The translations under genes and the position numbers were made by a program. A DNA stretch of 64,000 bases from Lingula anatina (taxonomy: Eukaryota > Animalia > Brachiopoda): the NCBI GenBank assembly GCA_051362555.1, contig CM120641.1:13826001-13890000 (forward strand), in the 5' to 3' direction. Under the pieces are notes generated by a model. The model worked only from the letters and a program-made list of their open reading frames with translations. It did not search any database and had not been told where the DNA came from. Positions 1 through 14,223 of the stretch are shown piece by piece. Numbering within the stretch: position 1 is the stretch's first letter; the number at the start of each line of letters is the position of its first letter.

Positions 1-3000
1 TGAAATGTTGGAGATCTTTTTCCTTGGTTTTTGACAATGAAGGGCTTTCTCAGTGTGTTAGAATCAATATTGCTTATCCTCAATTGAAAGTAGCCTAACA
101 AAGTGGGTAGTACTTTCGAAACTAAAGAAGGACCTGACCCGTGTGACAGATGACCAGTAGTTTCCATTATTGAGGAGCAGCTAGTTGCAATCGTGAATTA
201 CTGGTAAAGTCAGCCTCAAGCGGGGGAAAATTAGGTTTAGGGAGTTGCAATCAATGCAAAATTCGATACTTCGCAAAAAGGTCTCCCTTTTCGTATCTCC
301 AGGTTCCACAGACAACTGTCCTAGAAATACTGGCACATAAAATAAATGACTTAAGTGTCTTCTCGTATAACCTTTAGAGAATTATCAATCTTGCTGTAGT
401 TAACTTCTGTCGCGTTTAGCATCGATTGCCAAACAACGAATCTGTTTCATGACGGGCAGTTCCAGACTCGAAATCTGACACTGGTGTCACATATGTACGT
501 GGTAATCTCAGATTATTGTTTACGTCGTATCCAAGTTAGTCATTACCTAACAACGTAAGCAAAAATAAAAACTGTCAAGACTTTGTTGACAAAATCACAT
601 TGAATTCAGATTGTATGGTCCTCTTTGTTTTTTTTCCAAGGAAAACGACTCGTGTTTTCTTCATGTTTCAGCTTTTAATCTCAGGTATTGAAGGCAAAGG
701 TTCATTTTGCCAGATTTATAATTGAAATAGGTTGAAAACAGCAGCATAATTTTGATGAGCATTATTCAGAATACCTAGACACCTAAATGATTTCGGTAGA
801 TGTTCAATGCGCATTTTTTCTCTATCTTGTACGTCAAAACCGACTTACAATCATCAAGAAAGAATCAAATGGACAAGTTAATTCCATCAAAATACGATTT
901 ACGACCGTTCACTTTCCGTATTCCTGGAACGTTATTTACACTGGTTGCATTAATACCTATTAATATCAACCATGTGTATAGGTTAGGCCTCATTTGACTG
1001 CGCATTTGGTCCTGGCTAGGGGAGCAATAAAAATTGGCAACATTAAGAAGCAAAATTACAAAATGTTAATGTTTAACTAATATCGCTAAGAACCGCTCCA
1101 AATTTTTATCCCAGACATCTTCATTAGTTTCACAGAATTTAGTGTTTCGTCTAACTTGGGCAGGACTCATTACACTGTAGAATCACTCCTTTTCTAACAA
1201 CATATTTGCAATATTCTAAGGCTAAATGTTATCATAATAGAATTTATTTGATAAATCTAAATATTCTGATTAGTTTCACATGTAACAACTTTATATTCTC
1301 GTCTTAGTGTTGAAATTACTTCCAGGGCCTGCGTTCAAACACATTTGTCCTTGAAAACGGAGCGTCTGCCTGGAAAGCCATTCGGCAGTATGATGTTTGA
1401 ATGATTTACAAAATGAGCCAATTATCAATAAGGATAAAACTAAATACTCTTCAATATCGACGCAGTTATCCCCAGGCAGCAATCACATGCACTTAAACCT
1501 GGACATCAGTTGGAGTTGGTCTCTTTGGCAGGTTATTGACACGCTAAAAAAAAAAAAAAAAACAGCCTTTGCCAAGAAATTGCACTTTATCAATGAAGGC
1601 AATTATATTGGCTTTGGTTCCGTGGTACGTCCTTTTCATCTTTTTAATCAACCTTCATCATATGGGATTTACTGACAGATGTATCGGAATTTCGTCCTAC
1701 CGACCATGGCATGTTTGTGCCTGCACGTGAAATATTTTCTACGAAAATTTGCGCCACAAAGATATGAGTAAATAAGTAATTACTCCATATTACTATACAT
1801 CCAATAAACTACTGGTTTCTACGATCTAAATGTTGCCAAGTAATTCGAGTTTATGGGGTAAGCAATGAATATGAATTCTAACACAAAATGGGTTTATACA
1901 AATGAAGGCAACCCTTTAAAACAGCTGTTGTCCAAAGGTCAAAGCGCTGAGCTAAGACGAATCACGATTTCTACACGTATGGAAATGTACAGTACAGAAA
2001 TTCACTGACAAAATGATGGACAGAATCTTTGGAAGAACCTTCGTTTTGTTTATAAAGATATTCGTTTTACGTCTATACATGCGGACAGAGAGCATAACTG
2101 TGCCCAAGCGGTCAGACCGGTTCTCGTTTTCACAAAATTGAACATTTTTGTGGATAAATAAGAGGTAACTCGTTCTAAACGTACATACATGGTATTGTAG
2201 GCGCAATCATATGACAAAATACCAAGTATTTTCCCCGTAAGAGCTTCTCCCAATTCATTTTTGGAACACGTCAATAGCAGTTTTTTCAAACTACAGGCTG
2301 TTCATTATAGTATGACTGCAGCTCGTATTGAACTCCACTTGCGGGAAAGAAGTGGGCGACCTGTGGTTTCACCATCATGACGAAGGCCAGGCTTGAAAAT
2401 GACATTTAACAAAAAGGTGTAATTTTATACTTCCGCTATTTTTTTTAAGTCAATGCATATACGGCAACAGATAAACAAGTCTAATGAAGATAATATTCGA
2501 GTATTAAAGGAGAAAACGTACTGCTAGAAATTAACATCAGGGTGTCTTTTCTTCATATTTTTGGGGAAAACTAGTTCTTCCGTGTTGAAAATAAAACAAA
2601 ACTGGAACAGCATTTTAGTTTAAAAAGGTTTATTTTCTACATTAGACAATGAACACTTGAACTTTCGAATATCCCTCAACTTCTCTCCATATCCCATAAA
2701 ATATTTACACTTTCACACTAACCTATATTTTGAACGCGCAGGCTTGAAAGAAATTACAAATTGTTATTCTGTAAAAGTAAGGTACAGGCTTCAAAATGTT
2801 AAAATAAGTAATATGTGGTGGAATGCACGTGCAGAGCAGTCACAAATGTTAGAGGTCTCTACAACTTTCCTTATGATTCTTTGTCCTATGAATCCACATA
2901 CAGACCAGTTAAATTTGTTGGAGGTTTCTACAACTCCATGATTCTTTGTCTTATTTCAAATTATCTCCCTCTTTTTCATGGAAACACAGTGTACATAATA

Positions 3001-3044
3001 TGATTACAGTCCTTCACTTCTTCATTGCATAGTATCTAAGTACT

Positions 3045-6031
3045 TTATCTCCTTCTCTTATTCTTCCCATGCATAAAGCCTGAAAAAAATTTAAATTGTG
3101 AATACAAAATTTAATTTTTAATATAAACAACTACCTGTATGCATATATTTTATTGCAATAAAATGCCCTGGTGCAAGTTATGAAGAAATAATGTTTGATT
3201 ATTCTAAAAATCAAACAACAATTCATATGCCTACACAATTTGCTTCTTCCGAGTGGTTAATCTGGATGATCAATAATGCCGTTATATGTGTGCACATGGT
3301 AACCCGATTTCTCAGACTCCTCACTTTCTTGCATGCAATAAGCTGGGGGTTAAGTAAAACAACACCTCACCTTGACCTTGGCGTTTTCTGTTCCAGTTGT
3401 TATCTCCAGGCATGTAGGGATCATCTACAGAGTTGTCATAGTAACCGCCATGATAAGACTGGAAAATAATCCAATAATGATGTGATATTTTCAATGTTTA
3501 AAATTTTCACTTGGACAATGCTAAATCATCATTATGAGTCTGCTGAAATTAGTGGATACTGCATTAAAAGGTTCCATCATTTCTTTAAAATGACATTACA
3601 GTCTTAGTTTCTATAATTAACATTTCAATTTCTCCACAAAGACATCCATGGTGGTAATTTATAGTATACATTTTTGACATTTTGGAAAAAAAATCACTCT
3701 TCTATGAAAAATTATTTCCTGCTTGCTGGGACAGACATAAAAAATAATACAAAATTATTGTTTTACTTACATCAAATTTATTATAGTCACTTTGAACACC
3801 ATAATCATCTCTGCCGCCTCCAGCTCCAGCTCTTCCACCAGAGCCAAATTCGCCTCCCATTCCACTTCCCATGCCTCCACCCATTCTGCCTCCCATGCCA
3901 CTGCCCATTCCTCCTCCCATGCCACTGCCCATTCCTCCTCCCATGCCACTGCCCATTCCTCCTCCCATGCTACTGCCCATTCCCCCTCTCATACCACTAC
4001 CAAGCCCTCCTCCCATACCACTACCCATGCCTCCTCCCAATCCACTGCCCATTCCTCCTCCCATGCCACTGCCAATTCCTCCTCCCATACCACTGCCCAT
4101 TCTGCCTCCCATTCCACTGCCCATTCTCCCTCCCATTCCACTGCCCATGCTTCCCACCCCATTGCCCATGCCCTCTCTCATCCCTCCTCCCATTCCACCA
4201 CCCATACCACTGTCCATTCTGCCACCCATACCACTGTCCATTCTGCCACCCATACCACTGTCCATTCTGCCACCCATACCACTGTCCATTCTGCCACCCA
4301 TTCTTCCGCCTGCACCACTTCCCATGCCACTTCCCATTCCACTGGACCTGTTCATTCTACCATCCATTTCATTTCCCATTCCTCCACCCATTCCATCACC
4401 CATATTTCTACCACTTCTGCCTTGGTTCTGCATCTGTTGACTGAAAAGAAAATTACCACATGAGAGTACTAAAAAAATGCAACTCTAACAGGAGTTAACT
4501 TGAACAATTTATTGGTTCATTTATGAGGTCCTAACGTGTTGTTTAGAAGCATAAATTATACAAATTATTTCTGAGATGTGTGCCATAAATGCTATGCACC
4601 TAATTTGACATAATGACATTTATTTCACTCCAAATTTTCACATCACGAGAGTTGTACTTTTTTACTGCACACCAATGAATATAATCAACTTTCAACAATG
4701 GCTAAAACATTTAAAGGAGAGAAAAAAACTCACTTCAACATTCTACTGAGGCCCACCAAGATATTGGCAGCTACATTTCCAGATTCTCCACCAGCTGGCC
4801 CAGGCCCAGTATCAGGAGGCATGTTGTGCATGAGAGACTGCACAGGTGCTCTTTGGGGATTAAAACGATTAGGCCTTTGTTCATCCCTCTGTCCCATTGG
4901 TCTTTGCCCCATTGGTCTTTGTGCCATTGGTCTTTGTGCCATTGGCCTTTGTCCCATTGGTTTTTGTCCCATTGGTCTCTGCCCCATGGTTCCAGGACTC
5001 TTCACTTCTTGCCAGTTGTTTTGACGACCTTGCATCTGAAAACCTTTACGCTGCTGTTGCTGTGTTCTCGGAGACTGAAACTGCTGTTCTAGTTGTTGTC
5101 GACGTTGCATCATCTTTCCCCTTGGAGTTCCTTTCAGTTGTTCCAACTCAAATTTCAATTTTTGAATTGACTGTAATAGTAAAAATGTAACATTTTTGAG
5201 GAAAAAATTTAAGTGCTTTAACAATTTCATAATAATCTTAACTTTTATACAATGTATATCCAAGAAGGTGAATGCCCCTTAAACATATCATGCACTTTCT
5301 CATATGATTTTTTTATTTTCAGTTTAGTATTATGTCTGTGTCCAGGTGTGGGGGTGGGGGTGGGGGGGGCGTAGCAGTGGTCCAAGGGTTCAATAGTCTG
5401 AAGGTTCATTGCTCCTAATGTTCACTATAGAACCTTCGGACCAATGAACCCTTGATTAAAAAACCGATGAAAATGTTACCATTTTTCGGACCAATGAACC
5501 TTCAGACCAGTGACACTTTGGGCTATCGAGACGCCCCCATCCAGGGCATATAATCTTTCACTGGCTTTAACAACTGAACCTGTAGAGACATTTCAGAGCT
5601 ATGATTTGACTTTATGAGGGGGCACCACCCACCTTGGACTGTCCTTGTATCTGCTTGGCCATTTTCTCCTTTTCTGTTGTTGGATCTCGATTCTTGGAGG
5701 CCTTGGCATTAAATGGCTTCTTCATCTTAGGGTCAACTAACAATAAAAGGTGTAAAATACTTTCAGACAAAATCAAATTTCAGTTGAAACTCAAGTAAAT
5801 TTTCACTAAGGAAAAGGGCATCTCAAAGCATACATAACATGCACAAATTAAATGTGAATACATAGTAGGGCTTTTCACCCAATTCTATAATTAAAGTTCT
5901 AGAATTCACTTCTAATTTCAAACTTTAATCCATTCCATTTGCATTACTCTCAGGATTCAGGCTATGATATTTGCATGTACATTTACCAATCCATCCATTT
6001 TTCCATTTTCATAAACAAATGGCAGTTTGTT

Positions 6032-6069
<38 letters not shown>

Positions 6070-9000
6070 ATTGTTTTGACCACCTTGCAGTAGTGAATAC
6101 TATTTAGCAGAGACACAACCCAAATAACACAACATTCTTACTTTCAACACCATGGACTGTGACATCTTTTCCATTTATCTTGTACTTTTTTCCCATACCC
6201 TCATCTTCTAACACGCACTGCGCCTCGGCCTCAGAATCAAATGCCATATACAGGTACCTGTTAAGATGAAACAAAATATTTACTTACCATCACCATACTT
6301 ACATACAACTTTATTCTTCATGTTTTAGCTTTAACTAGACAATTGAAACTATTTTTGTTTTTACCCAACAGATCATGAAACATGTACTTGTATCTGTACT
6401 GCAGGGTTTTCACAAATGATGGGTTAAATTGCTTTGCATACTTGTATAGATCTATATAATAATAATATGGAAACATGCAACATAATCACTTTGCACACAT
6501 TAAGAAAATAAAATTAACTGCAGGGAATATAATTTTGTACCTCAGACAAGTGTTTATTGAGAAAGTATAATGCAACACATTTGTGGCAATTATTTTCCAT
6601 ATACCAGAATGGTTTCCTATAGACCCTTTATCACTAGCTGCAGGAGTACTCCTTATCTTCTGGAGCTTTTGCAGCTTATGTTGTGATTTCCTTGGCCATT
6701 ATTAATCAGGTTTACAAGTGTCCATTGTGGTGCTGACAAAACTTAGTCATGTGCAGTTCAAAGAATTTTCACAATCTCAAATCGAGTCAAACTGCTAGCT
6801 TGGTCAAATACCTAAAAAGTCTGCTTTTAAAATGTCCACTACTTTTGGTGTGACATGCAAGACCAACTTTTGTTAACTTACAGTGACTGTCATACTTACA
6901 ACACCTTTCAGTCCCATGGGCATGCTTAGTAGTCAAAGCCCAACATTACACAATGTCAGAGAGACATTGGTCAATGCTCTCAAGTTTAGGAATTCTTTGG
7001 CCAAGGCCACAACCACAGAATTCCAACATCCGAACCAATGGCTTGGAAACCAAATATGGTCAATGAATTCAGGTGCCTAAACAATGAATTTATTTGCTCT
7101 CACAGGATCTGTACTCACACAAAGTGGTACAGACTTGCTGTATATTTCTTTTAATTACCCTTTCTGTGTTCCTTTGTTGTCTACAGGTATGATGACCTGC
7201 AATACATTGCTGAATGCTTCTCGCACCTGCTCTTCTGTACTATCCAATGGGCTGTCGTGAACATAAATCATCTGAGGCGTAAGTTTCATACTAACATCTG
7301 TAAGAAATCACATGGTAGCTCAGAGACAATTATTGACAATGACCTTTCAGCTAACAGCTAATAAGGCCATTCAGCCTGGCTACCTTGTTTTACATTTTGG
7401 CTGTTGAATTCCCAGGATTGCCTGTAAACATAATTTATACAGATCATGTGAGACTAGGCTGACTTTATAAAAGTTGTTGCTTCTACCTCAAGAGGTAAAC
7501 ATGGGTAAACTCCAAACAGAGTTGCTTTTCCTAACAATACAATGAATAGCAATTGGTTTGTACCCAAAAGCTTACCCAAGGCATTGTTGGAAGTGTGCTT
7601 TCTTGAGGGTTTACACAGGCATAATAAAAAACATGACTACCCTCACTTGATAAGCGTTTACCTCAACAGGCTTCAGATTTCAGTCTTTAGGAAGCTTATA
7701 CAGGACGATCTTATCTCAACCAGTTTCAGTGGTAGAGTATTCTTTTTTTTTTCTACTGAAAACAGCCATTCTTTTTCTGATCTAGATCACCATACAGCAA
7801 CATGCCTGTATATTTCTGGCATGGGTCTTTGTATGTTTCTTGTATAATCTACTTATACAAGCTGTGAATTACCATGTCAGCTTAGGGCAAACAGCTGAAG
7901 TGAAACCTAGATATTCATTAGTTCACAATTGGTAAAATAATCCTTGATGAAGCTTGCATAAGTTTCATCTTTGGTCACATACTGTGTACCTCATACTGAT
8001 ATGGAAATGACGATAATAAAATCCAGCAGAAAATCTGTTCATTCAACAATTATATAATCAAATAAAAACATCATGATCAAAACAAACAAGATTTTTCTAT
8101 TGTTTAGTTCTATAATTTTCTCATCAACTGATTCAAAATATAAATAAATAGGTAAAAATGTGTTTCACATAATGAAACTACACAAATCTCATTTTAAAGT
8201 CAAAGAGCTGACATATCAAGCTAAAGGTGATTAGTCATTTGCAAAATAACATGCAGAGTGAGTGCTGATGTTTTACACTGATCATATCTTCAATGTTAGA
8301 AACAACAGCAAACCAATCACTGGAAAACTGTCCCAATTCAACAGGGTGCCAAGTTAACAAGTTGTCAACTAAATTTCTTTGGTCTTCCAAAGCATTCTGT
8401 CCTTACGGTGTCCAGTCGACATTAAAGGGGGAAAAAACTAAGAAGGGGTGTTAAAAAAGTTTCATCTGTTTTTACTACTGAGAAGAGGTGCATAATTTTC
8501 ATGGGTAAAAAAAGAACACAATAATGTACAACTGGTGTCTCCTTGCAAATATTTGTCTTTTTTTAGCGATGTAGCCTTTCTTTCAACATCAGCAAAATAC
8601 TAATGCCTCAAATTACAGTACTTACCATGCAGCTGCATTTGGTTGGCTTTCAACTTAGTCAAAGGCTGCAGGTGCTTGTTGACAAATGCTGGAAATAGCA
8701 AAAGCATCAATCTAGATTGAACAGCAAAAGATATAACTATTTACAAATTAATATAATGAAATGCGCAAAATCCAAGTACTCATATTTACATTGTTGCAAT
8801 AAGTTGTATCACATAATATCGATTATCAAGTATAAAAAACAATGCCACAAAACTCCTTAATGTTCACAAAAGACATTTTTGAAAAGCACCTAATTAATTT
8901 CTATATATCATCTCTGAACTTAGTGAAGTAAGCATATTTTATGGATCTTTAATAAGACTTTGTGTGAAAGCATTGCATCTTTAAAGACACAAAGGCAGTC

Positions 9001-12000
9001 ATGATGCTCTCTATACTCCAAGTCCCTATAATTGATGTTCTGTCCTGCATGTCAATCTGAAAATGGCATAAAGAGTTGATACCTACCATTAGGCCAAGGA
9101 ATATCATGGAAAGGGTCTTTTGGGTTCCCGGTGGTATGTTCTGCAGCATGCTGAACCTCACAGGTATCTTCATCCCAACTCAACTCACTGAACTTCTCTA
9201 CATATTCTGCTGCCTCCGCAAAGGATTTGTATATGCACTCAATAACCCTGACATTAAGAAATCGTAATAAGCTTTTTTAAGTATTTTCTATTCTTAATGG
9301 AGACCCCAAGTTTTCTAAAGGCTCTGGCCAACATTTAAGACTTTAAATATGTGATAAAATTACTGTTTATAAAATATTTCATTTAAATACTGTAGTCCTC
9401 ATATCTTAATCATATACTTTATAATCATTCTCAGAGTGGAAAAAAGACCATGATGATATTGTAATCATGGCCACTCGTAAATGTTTCTGCTATTATTGGC
9501 ATTTCTATTATAAAATACTCCATCCTGACATCAGTATAAACCAATCAACAATGCAAGTGAGTTATCAATAAAATTTACCCTAAATCTTTTCCGTCTATTT
9601 TGTAGAACCTGTTCACAGAGAGTTGTGCATCCTTCATCAGTGATAACACTTCTGGCTTAGCCATTTCCTCAATCAGCACTGGGCCTACCAGGACAGTGCA
9701 CATTCGGCGATGTTCACGCAGATCTAGGTTATGAAAATGTTGCATATATATATATATACACAAATGCATACACACCTAAACATCAGTAATGGTAATAAGA
9801 TACAAAGAAGAACCAACACATAAAAAAATCCAGAAACAAGAAAAATCTTTAATATAAAATGTTACCAAAAAAAAAAAAGAATTATGGAAACAAGAAAAAC
9901 TCTTTAAGTTAAGAAGTTGACAGTCACCCTCAGTGAACAGTTCCAGAATGGGAAATGGGCATGATAAATACTTTTTAATTCTAGGGCTTTTCACAGCTAG
10001 TAAGACTTGAACAGCCACAAAGTCCCACAAAAAGACAAAATATTGACAAGACACACCACAAGCAGTGACATCAGTGAGTTTTATTAATAGTTTTACCTAA
10101 ATTCATTGTCCTCCTTGTTGGAGTCACTATATCTGAAATAATAAGCAAATTTGTAGAACTGATAATATAAATACAATACAATTCAAGGTAAATAAGTATA
10201 TCATACAAATAAATAAGTACCAAATCCATACTTATGTTACATATTGATACCATATGGATTAAGTTTTTTTCAGAATCTCTTGCCTATAAAAATTTATTAT
10301 GATAAACTGCTAACCACACTGGAAGTACCATATAATAAGGCCATCGATGAAATGCTTTGATTAATTTCAAAGCAAAAATAGCATTTCAGAAAAATATATT
10401 CAAATCATCAACTGTATCAAATATTTAAAAAATTGAAGAATTAAAAAACTGCAAAGTACAATATGAATACCTGGTTTTTCCTCATCTTTTTCTTTCTTCT
10501 GATCTGCTGCCTTTTTAGCAGAATTGGCCTTTTCTGTCTCAGCTTTTTCTTTTTCTGTTGGCACTTCATCGGATCCTTTTTCTTCAGCCTCTTTTGTTCC
10601 CTACAAGTTTAATGTCATAAAATACTGGAATTAATCATAAATTCACATATACAGCAATGTCTGTAATTACTATTTGATTAGTGCCCCTCATAACATTCAC
10701 TTAGGAGGGCAGAGAATGTAACTTTTTTGTGATCATTCACTCAAAGCCAGCAACAGAAAAACTAAGAGTGTGCTGTAAATTAGTTTTAGACCAAATTGGA
10801 TAATTTCCTTAAGGATATTGTAACTCTTTATTATCATCCAAATACAAGCAATGAGGTTTTTCTTGCATCTAATTATTCAATAATGTGTCTATCTTTGTGC
10901 TGATTTAAAACAATAAAAAACCCTCAAAAATATAAAATATTGGTGTTTATATTTCTTGTTGCAATGTATAAACATAGGCAACTCAAAGCAAATTAAAAAC
11001 CTTTCTATTTTCAGGTGAGATAGCAATTGATATGGGGCATAACTTCATCCCTGAACAACATTTTATCTTGAAAATCGGCAGAGTTGACCAATAGTGTATG
11101 GGCTACAATACTGTGTCGTCATGTTGGCTTAAATGTTTTTGTTATGGAGTTATTAGCCCCTAATTACAGATTTTCATTAAACAAAGGCATTATTTTATTT
11201 TTTCAACCATAAAATCTGAACAAAGACTGTAAATAAAAATCGCTGGCAGGATTTTGGAGTACTAAATGGTTCCATTAAATTGTCATTGATATGGGGATCG
11301 TGAGTGCTTGGGTAAAGTAGAAATTTTATAAACCAATTTTTCAGTTTTTATCCCAAAATCGCCATTATGATGTCACCTGTAAGATGACATATGTGTAAAT
11401 GATTAATTTAGTCACTGAACACTCAAGATTTATCTATTACCCAAAAGAATGTATGTAAGGCAGTAAATAAGGAGTTTGGGGCGAAGGGTGACAATATCCT
11501 TAACCAGTTGAACCAATAAACCAGGACTGAGTCAATTATATAGACACTGATACAAACAGTTGACTGGCTGACATCACCTCATATTACCTCCCAACCCCTA
11601 GTTCCTATGTTTGGGGCCAACTTGAAATGTACCCGACAATGAAATTCTTCTTGTAGGCATTTTATACCAAATGACCACTTATCATTTAAATAAAAAGCAA
11701 TCTATGGTCAACAGTAGAGATAGTTTTCATCCATAAACATTAACTTCATGAAAAGACTTACATTTTCGGTAGTATCCATTTTTTCATCTTCCTCTTTCGC
11801 TGGCTCTCCTTTAGCTGAATCCTTAGCTTCTGTTTCTTTCTCTCCCTCATGATCAGATTCATTCAGCACGTCATCTGTGACTGGTGACATATCACCTCCA
11901 GCTTTATCCTCTCCTAGCAGCTGCTCTTCAGACACCTCTTCTGCAGCTGAGGCATCTTCTGTAATGTTTTCTTCCTCAGTTTTCAAAACCTACAAAGAGT

Positions 12001-12730
12001 TCATGCTGTGTTAAAGAGAAAATAAATTGCAAAAACATTTTAAATATGACAATAGAAATTAGGACAGGAAGACATTCCCTCCTGCAAAAGATCTACCCAA
12101 CTAAAAGTTGCTCAAACAGAAGCATTACTTGAGCTCTTTGCCCATGAAAGTTAATGACTTGAAAATTTGTTATCAACTTATGCAGTTATAACTTTGCATA
12201 CATGCAAAGGTCGAGTAAGACGATATTCATCATTTTCAGATAATACCAAATCTGGTCAACACGATTTATTGGAGAAAAATGATCAGTTATAAAATGTTTA
12301 GTTAGGATCGAGGAGCCTAGATCTTCATCTGAGATATCAGGTTATACTTAATTGTCAATATAATTGTCATCAACTTTAAGAAGTTAAAGAAGCCAAGGAA
12401 TAAAAACATTCCAAAATTAATTTCCTCCGCATCAAAATCAAAGCATTTGTATTTATTTTAATCTGTGTGAATTTATCTGTGAATAAGCCACTTGAATAGA
12501 TCCGCCAAGGCACCCCCACTAAGCTACTAGTATGCCGAACAAAGAAATTAACAATCAACCTTCTGGCGACATAACATCAATCATACCTCACTCAATCTTT
12601 GGATCAACTTTGCCTTGGTTCCACCCTTGGGGAGCTTTCTTTTTTCTAGTTCTTTTCGGAGCTCTGTAACGCTCAGTTCTGATAAATTTGTCGAAGAGGA
12701 AATAACGGCGTGCTTTCCCTTGTCAGCCAT
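3045..12730 (-). CDS. SAP-domain / RRM-containing nuclear RNA-binding protein with Gln/Met/Gly-rich low-complexity tail (~819 aa, 13 coding exons)
   Basis: Hand-spliced exons (GT-AG, phases consistent): 12730-12587, 11989-11762, 10600-10471, 9723-9579, 9247-9087, 8688-8626, 7297-7159, 6257-6142, 5736-5633, 5170-4734, 4440-3771, 3458-3371, 3079-3045. The N-terminus ...LSELSVTELRKELEKRKLPKGGTKAKLIQRLSE fits the SAP motif and is followed by an acidic linker. RRM: IYVHDSPLDSTEEQVREAFSNVLQVIIPVDNKGTQKGYLYMAFDSEAEA...INGKDVTV, preceded by a more degenerate RRM-like unit. Then MGQRP repeats, MGGG/MGSG repeats and a C-terminal KNKRRR*. Confidence 0.85.
3844..4400 (-). repeat. Coding low-complexity repeat (12/24-nt units encoding MGGG/MGSG/MGGRMDSG)
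   Basis: Tandem CCCATTCCTCCT/CCCATGCCACTG-type units lie inside exon 4440-3771; minus-strand ORF 3702..4433. Confidence 0.95.
4886..4990 (-). repeat. Coding 15-nt tandem repeat (MGQRP/MAQRP x7)
   Basis: CCCATTGGTCTTTGT-like units inside exon 5170-4734. Confidence 0.9.
5365..5538. mobile_element. Decayed MITE with inverted arrays of a 16-bp unit
   Basis: Termini GGGGGCGT ... ACGCCCCC. Left-arm units (TGGTCCAAGGGTTCA-like) are inverted relative to right-arm units (TGAACCTTCGGACCA). Confidence 0.55.
6033..6069. repeat. Poly-C (37 nt); G37 on the transcribed strand
   Basis: Direct reading. Confidence 0.95.
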
Positions 12731-14223
12731 CTTGTTTGGTCTGCCGGCAAAGCAGTCTCAGCTCGTCTTGGACTCGAGTTGTCAAATTTCTCTATCTTGT
12801 TTATGATGGTAGACTAGACAAACACTAATAAGTTTATAATTTGATTTATATATTTTTCGTGATTGTTGAATATGATAGTGCTTCACGCAGATATTTTTAA
12901 AATCAAAATTCAAAATGAGATACATCTCAGCCCGTGACAGCTCGAGACCGTCACGTACCAAAATTTTGCGTAGTCGTATTTTGTCGAATGTGTTAGGTGA
13001 GTTTAGCCGATCTGCTACAATGTGTTAATTGTTCCCTCAACCGACGAAATGGATTTCTTGAAGGGGGGGGGGGGGGGGGAGTAGAGAGGGTTCTGAGGGT
13101 TTGCTTCAACCAAGTTTCTTTAGGATGCAATGAGCGGATTATTTACCCTCTCACCTTTTGCAAGATCCCGAGATGTCTGTGTATACCACCCCTTTATTCT
13201 CTAGTCCCTTACATACTTCTTTCACCAAATGCAGGGAATTATCTCAAACACATTTCTTTCCATACAGTGTCTGCAGAGAAGCTCTCGTAAGAGCATAACT
13301 TTTTAGATAATCATAATGTATCACTGTTTATAAAACTAAATGCTGCTCCCAATTGAAACAATTCCCTTTTTCCCATATGAAGCAGTATCTTTAAGGATCA
13401 ACAAACCACAATTAAAGAAATCACACCCTTTTGAAAAAAAAAAAAGAGAGGAGGAAGAGTGGAGATCCTGGCCACCACAGTCAAGTTCAGCACTCAAAAA
13501 TACCAAACAGAAAAATATATCAAGTTCCCTTGTTCCAGATTAGCAAATGATCATCTACACTGCTCTCACAAATTACTTTCATATTTTGCAATCACAGTTA
13601 AATTCACTTGAATGACAACCCTGTTGATCTATTCACTTTTTTGTTGGGTTTCTTTCTTTTCACACCAAAATCAATCCAAACTTCAGTTAACTGGAAACAA
13701 ACCTTCACTGTCAGAATGTCTCTGTAGTTTCTTACACTTTATGGAAATAGCGGAGGCATACGAATAGTAAATGTAAAACTATAATTGATGCAGGGGGTTA
13801 AGGCAAGTGGTGGGACTATAAAAGGTAAGAAAACCTATAACAAATGTCATTAACATTTATAGAACACTGACTGGAAGATACAAGGTTGGCAATCTATTAA
13901 AGCAAATCATCAAAGGCACATTTTCAGATACACTGAATGAGAACCATGTTCATGGCCCACTTCAAAATCTACATGAAAGGTTGTGAGGGTGCAAATGCAC
14001 AAGGCCTGTATAGCAATTGTTGCCAGCTTTTTTTTCATGTTCATTAAATACATGTTGCAGATTTTAGCAATTTTCTCTGATTTGGTTCCACAAATTTTCC
14101 ATAATATCTTCAGCTGGCATGCAAGTTGACACTTAATAAAGATTGAAGGTTTCAAGACAACACGTTGATTCTGTGTACAAATAATCAGTTATTTATTCAT
14201 CCCCCTTGTTATTTTACAAAATG

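Noticed and set aside
1-2450. Possible gene in the CpG-retaining left end
   Set aside because: The short ORFs have no recognisable motifs and no consistent exon chain could be built.
2851-2951. ~35-bp direct duplication 70 bp apart in the 3'UTR of the SAP-RRM gene
   Set aside because: Two diverged copies only, consistent with an ordinary local slippage duplication.
3225-3342. Extra exon in the last intron of the SAP-RRM gene (acceptor CTTAACCCCCAG on the minus strand)
   Set aside because: It lies only 28 nt from the preceding donor, and the peptides are unremarkable; there is no support without RNA data.
3674-4463. Three long plus-strand ORFs (Pro-rich, Ser/His-rich, Cys/His/Pro-rich)
   Set aside because: They are antisense shadows of the GM-repeat exon; only the minus strand has in-phase splice sites joining the gene.
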